Notes: generated by a model not told the origin, from the letters alone. A stretch of 63,530 nt of DNA, filler included, from Candidatus Tectimicrobiota bacterium (GCA_016193065.1; 9 parts of 9 records of this genome joined end to end with filler, not necessarily neighbours in it); one strand, 5' to 3'. Positions 41,324 through 51,454 are shown, numbered from the whole stretch's first letter. Numbers and translations are program-made.

Positions 41324-43969
41324 GTGATCTCCGATCCGGTGCGCCGCGAGCTGGAAAAAATTCTAGCGCCTGAAGATGTTCTGACAGATCCGGAGGTTCT
41401 GGTGACCTATGCGGGTGACGCGGGCCTCGACCGGGGAATGCCGGATGCCGTGGTCTTCGTGCACACTGCCGCGGAAATTCAGGCCGTCGTACGCTGCGCG
41501 CTGAGGCATCGCATCCCCTTTCTGCCCAGGGCATCGGGGACCTCCCTGAGTGGAGGTCCGGTCCCATCCTGCGGGGGGATTCTTGTGGAATGCTCCCGGA
41601 TGAGGACCATCTCCTTTGATTCAGGAAGTAAGAGAGCTTCCGTAGAACCCGGGGTCATTAACCTGGACCTGCAGAAGGCGCTGGCCTCCTCCGGTCTTTT
41701 TTTCCCTCCCGACCCTGCCAGCCAGAGGGCTTCCTGCCTGGGCGGAAACATTGCCGAGAACGCGGGTGGGCCCCTGTGCTTCAAGTACGGGGTGACCGGT
41801 CATTACGTCCTGGGTCTTGAGGCGGTTCTTCCCGACGGCGGGATCGTGCAGACGGGAGGTCTCAGCAGCGACTACCCCGAATACGATTTCAGGGGGGTTT
41901 TGGTCGGATCGGAAGGGACCCTGGGTATCGTCACCCGGGCCTATCTGCGACTGGTCAATGTTCCCGCCGCCGCGGCCACTCTCGTAGCCAGCTTTGACAG
42001 CCTGGAAGCGGCAGCCCAAGCCGTCTCTGCGATCATTGCGGCGGGCATCGTGCCCGCCGCCTTGGAGCTCATGGATCAAACCGTCATCCGCATGATCGAG
42101 GATTTTCTTCGCAGTGGGCTCCCGGTGGACGCCGCAGCGATTTTGATTGTAGAGGTCGACGGGGCTGAGGAGAGCCTGGTCCCGCAGGGGGAGGAGATCC
42201 AGAGGGTCCTTGAGGCAAACGGAAGCCGGAATGTCCGTTGCGCCAGGACCGCCGAGGAGAGAGAACGGATCTGGTATGCCCGGCGCAGCGTGGCCGGCGC
42301 CATCGCCCGTCTTGCCCCGTATCATTACACCCAGGATGGGACCGTGCCGCGCTCCCGGCTCGCCGAGGTTCTCGTAAAGGTCGGGGACATCGGGCGCCGC
42401 TTCGGGCTCTCCATTGGGAATCTGGCCCATGCCGGAGACGGGAACCTCCACCCCCTGATCCTCTTTGATCCCCAAGATGCGGAGGAGACCCGCCGGGTTC
42501 TGGAGGCCGGGATGGAGATCCTGAGGGAGTGCGTCCGGGCTGGAGGAGTGATCACGGGAGAGCACGGGGTGGGACTTGAGAAAAAAGAGGCGATGCACCT
42601 CATGTACACCCCGGCGGAGTTAAACGCGATGCGTGACCTGAAGAGGATCCTCGATCCCGAGGGGCTGTGTAATCCGGGCAAGATCTTTCCGGATACGGAA
42701 TCGTTGCCCGAGCGGGAGGATGTGCAGCCGGCAGAAATTCCCAGGCCGGCTCAAGAGGAGGAAGTTGCCTCCTGTCTTTTGGAAGCGGCACGGAAGGAAA
42801 CTCCCGTTTCCGTGGTGGGCGGCGGGACGAAGCACTTCCTGGGAAATGTCTGGAATGAAGGGACGGTCCGGCTGCTGTCCACGGCGTCCTTCTCAGGAGT
42901 CGTTGATTACGCCCCTGAGGATCTGGTGCTCACTGTGGGGGCGGGGACCCCGCTTTCTGAAATCCATCAGTTTCTGGAGGGGAGCCACCTTCAGTTGCCC
43001 TGGAGACACCCCTGGTCCCGGAGTACGGTGGGCGGTGTTCTTGCCTGCAACTGGAATCCTCCCGGCAGGCTCCGTATCGGGTCTTTAAAGGACCAGGTCT
43101 TAGGCCTGCGGGTTGTTCTTCCCCGGGGAGAGATCCTGCACTGCGGGGGCAGAGTGGTGAAGAACGTGGCGGGATATGACTTGACCAAGCTCTTTATCGG
43201 GGCTATGGGGACGCTGGGGGTGATCCTGCAGGCGACTTTGAAGCTCTCTCCCCGGCCCCAAGAAGAGGCAACGGTCGTCTTTTCGTTCCCTGGTTTGCCT
43301 GATGTGGCGGCTGCCGGGACGGCTCTCTTCGGGGATGCCCGGCTGAACCCCGATCTCCTGATGGCAGTGAGTACTGGAGGAGACCAGATTCTCGAAGAGA
43401 CTCTGGGAGTCAGGGGCCACGTTCTCATCGTCTCTCTTCAGGGGAGGAAGGAAGAAGTCAGTGCGGGTCTTCGTAGATTGGAAGCGGAGAGATCAGGCTT
43501 GCGGCCGCTGGCCTTTTCCCCGGAGAAAGGGAGCGGAGTACACCTATGGGGATCGTTTGTGGAAACCGGTGTCCGTCAGGCCCTCGAGAATGGCACGGAT
43601 TCCCTCTTTGTAAAAGGGGGTGTTCCCGGGCAAAGTCTTTTCTCCTTCCTGCAGGAGCTGGATCGGAAGGTCAGCGAATGCGGAGGGGTCCTTGCTTGTT
43701 GCGTGGAAATTGGCTTTGGTGTGTTTTATGCTTTTTTGAAATTTTCCGGCGCCGACCCGAAGGATCTCTCGGCGCTGTCCCGCGCCATGTCCCAGCGGGT
43801 TTCGGAACTGGGGGGCTATTGGATCCTGGCGGCGGCCTCCGATCAGGTCAAAGCCGGCCTTGATATCTGGGGGGAGACGAGGCCTGCTTTCTCACTGATG
43901 AAGGCTTTGAAAAGCACCTGGGATCCGAGCCACATCCTCAATCGCGGCCGGTTTGCCGGTTTCATCTGA
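41324..43969 (+). CDS. Fused GlcD-GlcE FAD-linked oxidase (glycolate/D-lactate oxidase-like)
   Basis: GlcD half: PPDPAS, GGNIAENAGG, HAGDGNLHP, GEHGVGLEK. GlcE half: VVDYAPEDLV, GGRVVKNVAGYDL, DPSHILNRGRF. Confidence 0.9.
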   Translation: MISDPVRRELEKILAPEDVLTDPEVLVTYAGDAGLDRGMPDAVVFVHTAAEIQAVVRCALRHRIPFLPRASGTSLSGGPVPSCGGILVECSRMRTISFDSGSKRASVEPGVINLDLQKALASSGLFFPPDPASQRASCLGGNIAENAGGPLCFKYGVTGHYVLGLEAVLPDGGIVQTGGLSSDYPEYDFRGVLVGSEGTLGIVTRAYLRLVNVPAAAATLVASFDSLEAAAQAVSAIIAAGIVPAALELMDQTVIRMIEDFLRSGLPVDAAAILIVEVDGAEESLVPQGEEIQRVLEANGSRNVRCARTAEERERIWYARRSVAGAIARLAPYHYTQDGTVPRSRLAEVLVKVGDIGRRFGLSIGNLAHAGDGNLHPLILFDPQDAEETRRVLEAGMEILRECVRAGGVITGEHGVGLEKKEAMHLMYTPAELNAMRDLKRILDPEGLCNPGKIFPDTESLPEREDVQPAEIPRPAQEEEVASCLLEAARKETPVSVVGGGTKHFLGNVWNEGTVRLLSTASFSGVVDYAPEDLVLTVGAGTPLSEIHQFLEGSHLQLPWRHPWSRSTVGGVLACNWNPPGRLRIGSLKDQVLGLRVVLPRGEILHCGGRVVKNVAGYDLTKLFIGAMGTLGVILQATLKLSPRPQEEATVVFSFPGLPDVAAAGTALFGDARLNPDLLMAVSTGGDQILEETLGVRGHVLIVSLQGRKEEVSAGLRRLEAERSGLRPLAFSPEKGSGVHLWGSFVETGVRQALENGTDSLFVKGGVPGQSLFSFLQELDRKVSECGGVLACCVEIGFGVFYAFLKFSGADPKDLSALSRAMSQRVSELGGYWILAAASDQVKAGLDIWGETRPAFSLMKALKSTWDPSHILNRGRFAGFI

Positions 43970-44367
43970 CTTGCCCACTCCCAGTTTTTGGAGCTCCATA
44001 GCCGGGGGGACTGCCTCCCGCCCCTCGCTTCACGCCTCCCGTAGCGACCCTTGTCGGGGCGCCCAGGGTGGGAGCCCTCCGCTACCGCCACGATAAGTGT
44101 TCAGCTATCTGCAAGCGCGTCCAGGCTGCGCGGTTTCCCATCCCTGGCCGCTCCCGTTGGGTCCCCGCTGCTCCCGGCAGTTTCGCTCAGGGCGGGAAGG
44201 TCAGTCCCCTTTGGGCTCTTTCTCCGAGGGAGTTGCCCCCGCAGGCGACCTAAGAGGTTTCGGGTCAGAAGAGACTCGATCCAGCTGACAAATCTACCGC
44301 CGAAAGCTCTTCGGGAGCCCAAGGGGGCACTCCCGAGGATGCCGAAGAGAAAGTGGGGGTGGGCAAG
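43970..44367 (+). mobile_element. Complete MITE-like element (about 400 bp) with TIRs and target-site duplication
   Basis: TIR CTTGCCCACTCCCAGTTT (43970-43987) / AAAGTGGGGGTGGGCAAG (44350-44367), flanked by TTCATCTGA at 43961-43969 and 44369-44377. No transposase. Confidence 0.85.
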
Positions 44368-44416
44368 CTTCATCTGAGCATTGACATGAGAGTTGAATTC
44401 ATTTACTTTGCAGCCT

Positions 44417-45103
44417 ATGGGAGACCAGGGGATAGGAGACCGCGGTGAAGTGAAATGGATCCCCCAAGTGATTCCTATTTTCCCCTTGCCCGATGTGGTG
44501 TTTTTCCCCGAGACGTTTCTCCCCCTCCACATCTTTGAGCCCCGCTACCGGCAGATGGTTCAAGACTGCCTTGAGGACCGGCCTTTTATCGGCATGGCGC
44601 TCCTGCGTGAGGGCTGGGAGCCGAACTATTACGGAGCCCCTCCTGTCTATCCCCTGGGCTGCGTGGGGGAAATCATTCACTCCGAGAAGCTATCCGACGG
44701 GCGCTACAACATTGTCCTGCGTGGTCTGAAGAAGTATGAAATCCTGGAAGAACTCTTTCATCGCAGCTATCGCCAGGCCTTGGTGGGTTTCCGCGACCTC
44801 CCGGAGGAAGAAGCCTCCCTCCCGGAGTCCGTTCGCGAGGAACTGGAATCCCTGATGCGGCGGTATTCCAGACTCATCGATCAAGAAATAGCCGTTGACA
44901 ACCTTCTTGCCATGGGCCTAGAATCCACTGCCTTGTTAAATACTCTCTCCTCCGTGCTCCCTCTCCCTCCAGGGGAAAAGTACTTTCTTCTGGAGTCCGA
45001 GAATCCTTCCCAGCATTGCGGAAGGCTGCTGGATCTTTTGCGCTTCAACATTATTGCGCTTCAGGGTGGAAGGGGTCCCAGCGGCCCCCCTCTTGTGCAT
45101 TAA
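44417..45103 (+). CDS. LON peptidase substrate-binding domain protein
   Basis: IPIFPLPDVVFFP..LPLHIFEPRYRQM, DGRYNIVLRG. Start uncertain. Confidence 0.88.
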   Translation: MGDQGIGDRGEVKWIPQVIPIFPLPDVVFFPETFLPLHIFEPRYRQMVQDCLEDRPFIGMALLREGWEPNYYGAPPVYPLGCVGEIIHSEKLSDGRYNIVLRGLKKYEILEELFHRSYRQALVGFRDLPEEEASLPESVREELESLMRRYSRLIDQEIAVDNLLAMGLESTALLNTLSSVLPLPPGEKYFLLESENPSQHCGRLLDLLRFNIIALQGGRGPSGPPLVH

Positions 45104-45193
45104 ATTCTCGGGGTGATGTGCCGGGCATCTACTGAGAGGGAACTTCTTGCGGATACGAACAGACGGCCTCCTGATTCTGAAAGGAGGGCGGTC

Positions 45194-46687
45194 ATGAAAG
45201 TGGCCATCGTCGGGCTTGGCGAAGCCGGGGCGGAGCTATTAAAAAACCTGGCCCGCCATCAGGCGGTCCACTTGGTCAGTGCAGTGGAGAGCAGTCCGCT
45301 TGCCCCCGGAGTGGCGCTAGCCCGCTCCTTGAGGATCCCGATCACGGCGGACCTGGATTCCCTGCTTTCCCGGAAGGGGATCGATTTGTATGTGGAGACC
45401 AGCGGCAGCCGGGAAGCCTTCGAGTCGCTCCGCCAAAAAGCAGGTCCCGACGTTGAGGTTCTGGGCCCCGTGGGAACCAAGATGTTCCTGAAGCTGCTGG
45501 GAAGGGAATCGGGTTCGGCTCTCACCAGCCTGGAAGCAAGCGAGGAGGGCCATCTTCGAGAGCAACTCATGCAGTCCGAAAAGCTGGCTGCCATGGGGCA
45601 GATCATGGCCGGGCTGGCCCACGAGCTCAACAACCCGCTGACCAGCATCATCGGCTACTGCGAGCTGGCCCTGGAGCGGATGCGTACGGGGAAGCACAAG
45701 GACTACGTGTCCAAGGTACTGCAAGAAGCAGATCGGGCCGCTAAGATTGTTCAGCACCTGGTGGCCTTTGCCCGGAAGCACAAGCCTGAAAAGGAAGTCG
45801 TGAACCTCAATGAGCTCCTCGATGCCACCCTGGCTCTCCAGGACTACTCTTTGCGGGTTAGCGGGATTCAGGTCCTCCGGGAACTGGATCCCGACCTGCC
45901 GATGACGACCGTTGACGCCCACCAGCTCCAGCAGGTGTTTCTCAACCTCCTGATCAACGCCGAGCAGGCCATCCGGGATTCGGGCAAGGGAGGGATCATA
46001 CGCATCCGCAGCTTTGCAGCAAAGGATGGGGCTCGGGCCGTCATTGAGATCACGGACGACGGTCCCGGCGTTCCCATGGAGAACCAGCAGAAGCTCTTTG
46101 AGCCCTTCTTCACCACGAAAGAGGTCGGCAGAGGGACTGGACTGGGGCTGTCGATTTCCCAGGGGATCGTACGAAGTCACGGCGGGCACATTTACGTGCG
46201 CTCCAAGTCAGGGGCGGGGGCGACCTTTGGGGTTGATCTGCCGGCGGCTTCCCAGGAGACTTCGCCGCGGGTGCGAGGCAAGGGAAGAGTCGAGAAGCGG
46301 GAAGGGGGGGGCGATATTTTAATTGTCGACGACGAAGAGACAGTCCTGGAGGTCATGGTGGAAATTCTTCAGGCGGATGGCTATCGCCCCGATGTGGCTA
46401 CCGACGGCCAGAGAGCTCTCGATATGGTCCTCGCGAAACCCTATGATCTCATGATCACCGACGTGCGCATGCCGGGCATGGATGGCCCGAGGATTCATCA
46501 GGAACTCCTGGCCCGGGACCCGGAGCTGGCCAGGCGCTGTCTGTTCACAACGGGAGACACCCTCAATCCGGAAGTGCGGAAGTTTTTTCAGCGTACCGGC
46601 TGCCCGTACCTGCACAAACCATTTTCCTCGAAGGATCTGCGGGGGGCCGTCCGCCGGGCCTTACGGGGTGAAGGAGGTCCCTGTTAG
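45194..46687 (+). CDS. Hybrid sensor histidine kinase with N-terminal Rossmann-like domain and C-terminal receiver
   Basis: MKVAIVGLGEAG; AHELNNPL; FFTTKEVGRGTGLGL; ILIVDDE..ITDVRMP..HKPF. Confidence 0.9.
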   Translation: MKVAIVGLGEAGAELLKNLARHQAVHLVSAVESSPLAPGVALARSLRIPITADLDSLLSRKGIDLYVETSGSREAFESLRQKAGPDVEVLGPVGTKMFLKLLGRESGSALTSLEASEEGHLREQLMQSEKLAAMGQIMAGLAHELNNPLTSIIGYCELALERMRTGKHKDYVSKVLQEADRAAKIVQHLVAFARKHKPEKEVVNLNELLDATLALQDYSLRVSGIQVLRELDPDLPMTTVDAHQLQQVFLNLLINAEQAIRDSGKGGIIRIRSFAAKDGARAVIEITDDGPGVPMENQQKLFEPFFTTKEVGRGTGLGLSISQGIVRSHGGHIYVRSKSGAGATFGVDLPAASQETSPRVRGKGRVEKREGGGDILIVDDEETVLEVMVEILQADGYRPDVATDGQRALDMVLAKPYDLMITDVRMPGMDGPRIHQELLARDPELARRCLFTTGDTLNPEVRKFFQRTGCPYLHKPFSSKDLRGAVRRALRGEGGPC

Positions 46688-46695
46688 GGAGAGGT

Positions 46696-47138
46696 TCACC
46701 GGGGGCTCGTGGTGGTGATCAGCAAGTACCAGATCATCAGCTCCTCCGGCCCGCTAGCGGCAAAATCATGAGCGATTCCCGAGGAGATACGGACCACAGT
46801 TCCTGCCTTCAGGAGTATCATCTCCGTCTTCTCTGCCCGGTTTAGCCGCAAGCGCCCTTGGCCTGAGAGCACGTGGCAAACCACATCTTTGTCCGTGTGA
46901 ACGATCTGCTTAGGATCCGGCTCCGGTTGGGGTTGGAAGGAGATCAGTCCGCTTTCATACCGTTCCCCTCGAAAGCAGACGCGCCGGGCTAATTCCCGGC
47001 TGAGCCGCTCAAGCTTGTTCCTCAGATTCTCGAGCTCCAACACCTCGACCCCTTGGCCCGGGGAATCCTTCTCTCGCCCGGGGGTATTCCTCAACAGGCT
47101 CGGCAGTTCCCGGACCAGGTCCTCCTGAGTAAATACCT
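46696..47138 (-). CDS. Cupin domain protein (5' truncated)
   Basis: VHTDKDVVCHVLSGQGRL...ISSGIAHDF. Confidence 0.7.
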
Positions 47139-47238
47139 NNNNNNNNNNNNNNNNNNNNNNNNNNNNNNNNNNNNNNNNNNNNTTAATTAATTAANNNNNN
47201 NNNNNNNNNNNNNNNNNNNNNNNNNNNNNNNNNNNNNN

Positions 47239-47941
47239 AGCGGGGCGCGGTCTGAGGATAATCTTCCTGCTCGCCGTGACGGCGGGCCTCGCACCAAGGC
47301 TCCAGAGGACACGAGTTGCATCTGGGCTTGGTCGGGGTGCATATCAGAGAACCGATCTCCATGAGGGCCTGGTTGAAGTCCCCCGGCCTCTTTTCCGAGA
47401 GGAGTTCCCGGGCTTTCTCCCACAAACGGCGGCTTACCCGCGCACACTTTGGATCTCCGGAGATGCGGAACAGGCGGGTGAGAACGCGGCTCACGTTGCC
47501 GTCGACCACCGGGTACGGAAGCCCGAATGCGATGCTGAGAACCGCGCCGGCCGTGTAGCGCCCGATCCCGGGGAGCCGGAGGATCGCCTCGTAAGAATCC
47601 GGCATCCGGCCCTGGTGCTCCTCAACGACGGTCTGGGCGGCGCGATGGAGGTTGCGGGCCCGGGAGTAATACCCCAGGCCCGACCAGAGTCTCAGCACCT
47701 CCTGCTCCGGAGCCCGGGCCAGAGCGGCCACATCTGGGAAGCGGGCGACGAAGCGCTCGTAGTACGGCAGCGCGGTGGGAATCCGGGTCTGCTGTAACAT
47801 CGTCTCGGCGATCCAGATCCGGTACGGGTCGGAGGTTCTCCGCCAGGGGAGGTCCCGGTGGCTGCAGGAAAACCACTTGAGCAGAGCCGTCCGCAACTTC
47901 CCCGTGTCATTCCCCGCGCTTGATCCCGATCGGCCCGCCAA
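47239..47941 (-). CDS. mutY: A/G-specific adenine glycosylase (3' truncated)
   Basis: RDLPWR, MLQQT, GLGYYSRARNL, LPGIGRYTA, VDGNV, CTPTKPRCNSCPLEPWC. Confidence 0.95.
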
Positions 47942-48096
47942 CTTCTCCCCCCCACAAACCTCGCGTTGTCACATCCGGATCCCCCTCCCCATCCCTCTCC
48001 CAGGAGGGAGATTCTTTGAAACCCTCGCCCCCGGGTACCCCGGGTGGCAACGCCCAAAGGGCACCCGGGGTACCCGGGGCGTGCGGAGAGGGTCAG

Positions 48097-48153
48097 CCTG
48101 CCTGCCGCCTGCCTGTGCGTCGCACGCAGACAGGCGCCCGCGGCGCAGGCAGG
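48097..48153. repeat. Nested short CCTGCCTG...CAGG palindromic elements
   Basis: Inner CCTGCCTGTGCGTCGCACGCAGACAGG (48108-48134) sits inside a second CCTGCCTG..CAGGCAGG. Related copy at 15028-15053. Confidence 0.8.
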
Positions 48154-48243
48154 GGTGAGGGGGGGTTCAAGCAACATATAGCAAATATTTGTGCGTCTGT
48201 ATTAGTATAACACCAACGGATTTCGAAACACTGAGGACAGGAG

Positions 48244-49188
48244 ATGGCGCAGCCCTCGGGACAGATGCCTTCCAACCTGGCCAAGCGGATCGGCTTCGCC
48301 TGCAGCGGGCTATTCATCATATTTCTGATCGGCGTGGCCGGCTACAAGCTCATCGGGGGGAATCAGTGGAGCCTCCTCGATGCGGTGTACATGACCGTCA
48401 TCACCCTGTCCACCGTCGGCTTCGGGGAAATTCACACCCTGACCGCCGCTCCGGCGGCCCGGATCTTCACCATGTTCCTCATCCTCTTCGGCGTCGGGCT
48501 GCTGGCCTTCGTGGTCAGCTCCGTGACCGCCTTCGTCGTCGAGGGGGAGCTCAGGAATCTCTTCGGGAGACAGAGAATGAAACGGGAGATCGAGAAACTG
48601 CGCGACCACTACATCATCTGCGGGGTGGGAGAGACGGGCTTCCACGTGGCCGAAGAGCTGTTCAAGACCCGGCGCCCCTTCGTGGCCGTCGACAGCAACA
48701 CCCAGCATCTGGAACGCCTGCAGACCGTGGGGCCGGTCCTTTTCATCGAGGGGGACGCCACTCGGGACGAGGATCTCTTGCAGGCGGGCATTGAGCGGGC
48801 CAAGGGTCTCGTGGCCACGCTCCCGACGGATGAGGCGAACCTGTTTGCCACCATCACGGCCCGGGAGCTGAACCACAAGATCCGGATCATCACCAAGATG
48901 ATCGATGACAGCGCCCACCGGAAATTCCTGCGGGCCGGAGCCAACGCCATCGTCTCCCCCACCTTCATCGGCGGCATGCGTCTGGTGTCGGAGCTCATCC
49001 GGCCCACAGTGGTGACTTTCCTCGACACCATGCTGCGCGGGGACGAGGCCACGTTCCGCGTGGAGGAAATCCTCATCCCTGAAGATTCCAAGCTCGCGGG
49101 GCAAACCCTCGAACAAGCCGGGATCGGCCCGCTGGCAAGACGCTTGCAGCGGGCTCGACGCTCGTCGTTCTCGGCAGCGTGGAGATGA
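48244..49188 (+). CDS. Potassium channel protein (2TM pore + TrkA-N/RCK), C-terminal TrkA-C apparently short
   Basis: ITLSTVGFGE filter; HYIICGVGETG; GDAT; AGIERA. Confidence 0.9.
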   Translation: MAQPSGQMPSNLAKRIGFACSGLFIIFLIGVAGYKLIGGNQWSLLDAVYMTVITLSTVGFGEIHTLTAAPAARIFTMFLILFGVGLLAFVVSSVTAFVVEGELRNLFGRQRMKREIEKLRDHYIICGVGETGFHVAEELFKTRRPFVAVDSNTQHLERLQTVGPVLFIEGDATRDEDLLQAGIERAKGLVATLPTDEANLFATITARELNHKIRIITKMIDDSAHRKFLRAGANAIVSPTFIGGMRLVSELIRPTVVTFLDTMLRGDEATFRVEEILIPEDSKLAGQTLEQAGIGPLARRLQRARRSSFSAAWR

Positions 49189-49238
49189 TGGAGCGGATCA
49201 ATAAGATCGTGTAGCGCGCCCGAAAAGGAGGGGGACAG

Positions 49239-50168
49239 ATGAACATCCTCGTCATGGGAGCTGGAGGCGTTGGAGGATACTACGGCGCGCTGCTGGCCCG
49301 GGCCGGCAACGACGTCTCCTTTGTAGCCCGGGGGGATCACCTCCGGGCCCTGCATGAGAAGGGGCTGGAGATCCGCAGCCCCCGCGGGGATTTTTCTCTG
49401 CTCGTCAAGGCGGCAGCCGATCCTCGCCTCCTACCTCCACCTGAACTCATCCTGTTCGCCGTCAAGACCTACGATACGGAGGAAGCCGCTCAGTTCCTCC
49501 AACCCGTCGCCGGAGCCGGCGTTACCGTGCTCACCTTGCAAAACGGCATTGACAGCGCCGAGCGGATCGGCGCCATCCTGGGCCTCGAAAAGGTCCTCCC
49601 CGGTGCCGCCTACATCTTTGCCTCCATCACCAGCCCCGGCGTCATCACCCACACGGGAAAGAACCAGGGGATCACCTTTGGAGAGTCAGCCGGTACCCGT
49701 TCCCCCCGAACACAAGAGGTCCTGCAGGTCTTGCAGGGGGCCGGGATCGATGCAAGCTTCACAGAGGACATTCGCCGGGTTCTGTGGCAGAAGTTCTTTC
49801 ACATCTGCGCCATGGGAACCGTTGCCTGCCTGTGCCGGGCTTCCGTGGGAGAAGTTTTGGGAAATCCCGAAAGCCTCGCACTACTGCGGGACGCCTTCGA
49901 GGAAATTCACCGGGTCGCCGCTGCCGAGGGAGTCCCCCTCCCGGAGGATCTCACCGACAAGGCCGTCCAGTTCTTCCGCGCCTCCCCCCCGCAGGCCAAA
50001 CCTTCTCTTCTCAACGATCTGGAACAGGGCCGCCGTCTCGAATCAGAGGCGCTGTCCGGGACGGTCGTCCGGCTGGGAGAGCGCCACCACATCCCCACCC
50101 CGATCCACCGCGCCGCCTACGCGAGCCTGCTGGTCCAGGAGCGCCGCTACCGGCCCCCTACCTTGTAA
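49239..50168 (+). CDS. panE: 2-dehydropantoate 2-reductase
   Basis: VMGAGGVGGYYG, AVKTYD, LQNG, LWQKF, SLLNDLEQGRRLE. Confidence 0.9.
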   Translation: MNILVMGAGGVGGYYGALLARAGNDVSFVARGDHLRALHEKGLEIRSPRGDFSLLVKAAADPRLLPPPELILFAVKTYDTEEAAQFLQPVAGAGVTVLTLQNGIDSAERIGAILGLEKVLPGAAYIFASITSPGVITHTGKNQGITFGESAGTRSPRTQEVLQVLQGAGIDASFTEDIRRVLWQKFFHICAMGTVACLCRASVGEVLGNPESLALLRDAFEEIHRVAAAEGVPLPEDLTDKAVQFFRASPPQAKPSLLNDLEQGRRLESEALSGTVVRLGERHHIPTPIHRAAYASLLVQERRYRPPTL

Positions 50169-50268
50169 CCTCGTGGTCCGCGAAATGCGAAAGACAGCTA
50201 ATTTGGTCGACGAGCTTAAGACCGGAAGCTACAGCCCACACCCTTTTTGCGGGAACCGACTTTCAAAA

Positions 50269-50598
50269 TTAACCAGGAATATCGAGCGCAATACCCAAGG
50301 CTTGATTTAGCGACTTGATCTTTTGGGGGGAAAGGGTACCAATAAAATTCGTGAGGACCGATTTAGGCAAGCTCACCAGTTCATCACAGTGAATGCTGCT
50401 TTCATGCTTCAAGCCTTCATCCGGTCCGACCGGAACTTGCGTGGCTAAACCATCGTAGGCTGTGTAGATGGGAGCACAAATCACCGTTGAGAAACGCGAG
50501 TCAATTACGACCCGCCGGCTTACCACCACAAAAACCCGGAACCTCTTGGGATCCCGCGCAGATGGGTGCGCCACTCGATAGAGTTCACCCCGCTTCAT
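50269..50598 (-). CDS. PemK/MazF-family toxin
   Basis: [40 protein letters not shown]. Confidence 0.88.
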   Translation of the reverse strand: MKRGELYRVAHPSARDPKRFRVFVVVSRRVVIDSRFSTVICAPIYTAYDGLATQVPVGPDEGLKHESSIHCDELVSLPKSVLTNFIGTLSPQKIKSLNQALGIALDIPG

Positions 50599-50828
50599 AG
50601 GGGGATTTGATACTCCAGCACATCCGCTGCTTCTTTATTGAGGTAATCTGCCCGCCGATTGATAATCTCAAGGTCTCGGGCATTCTGCTCATCCCGGAGG
50701 AGTTGACCAACGAACGCCCAGACCGCCGCCTCGATAAAATCAGAGCGGTTCTTCTTGAATTGCTTGGCCCGCTTATCAATCGCTTTGAGCAACTCTTCGG
50801 ATAGGGTGATAGAAGTCTTGACTTTCAT
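50595..50828 (-). CDS. CopG/RHH antitoxin
   Basis: [18 protein letters not shown]...[13 protein letters not shown] overlap with the toxin. Confidence 0.85.
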   Translation of the reverse strand: MKVKTSITLSEELLKAIDKRAKQFKKNRSDFIEAAVWAFVGQLLRDEQNARDLEIINRRADYLNKEAADVLEYQIPL

Positions 50829-51023
50829 ACTACTAAAGTACCACCACTCAACGGCTGCGTCAACGGTATTCACACCTGAATTTCGGGGAGCTACTTGCGC
50901 CGTCCAACGAAACGAATAAGGTTTTACCCGGCGTGCAACGGATGGCCGCTCACCTGCGGCCGCCCGCGCACCACCCGAGTATCGCCCGGCGGTCTCCCCG
51001 CGTGTCAACCACCCGACCGGGGC

Positions 51024-51154
51024 GGCCGACGGCTCGAATCAGAGGCGCTGCAGGGAACCGTCATCCGGCTCGGAGAGCGCCACCACATCCCCACCCCGAT
51101 CCACCGCGCCGCCTACGCGAGCCTGCTGGTCCAGGAGCGCCGCTATCGGTCCCC
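51024..51154 (+). pseudogene. Second copy of the panE 3' end (direct repeat of 50028-50158)
   Basis: GRRLESEALQGTVIRLGERHHIPTPIHRAAYASLLVQERRYR; differences mostly at synonymous positions. Confidence 0.88.
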
Positions 51155-51217
51155 CTCCCCCATCCCTGGTCCGTGGCAATAGGGCGCCGGTCCGGTGAGC
51201 GTCCGGTTGACCAGAGG

Positions 51218-51454
51218 TTAAAACTCGTCGCCGGGCAGAGGCTCTCGATCGGGAACTTTGGCAAGGATTCTCTTCAAATCGCCCTTCGTCGCCCGCTTAG
51301 CTCGCGTCGTCAGGTATTCCTCGGTCAGAATCGCGGAAATCTTCTCGGAAACCGCTGAGGAGATGAACTGGTTGATTGATACCCCTTCCCGCCGGGCAAT
51401 CTCTTTGATGTGGCGGTGAATGGAGTCCGGTAGACGCAATCTCACAGCACCCAT
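51218..51454 (-). CDS. HicB-like/RHH antitoxin-type DNA-binding protein (orphan)
   Basis: LRLPDSIHRHIKEIARREGVSINQFISSAVSEK...VPDREPLPGDE. Confidence 0.82.
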   Translation of the reverse strand: MGAVRLRLPDSIHRHIKEIARREGVSINQFISSAVSEKISAILTEEYLTTRAKRATKGDLKRILAKVPDREPLPGDEF

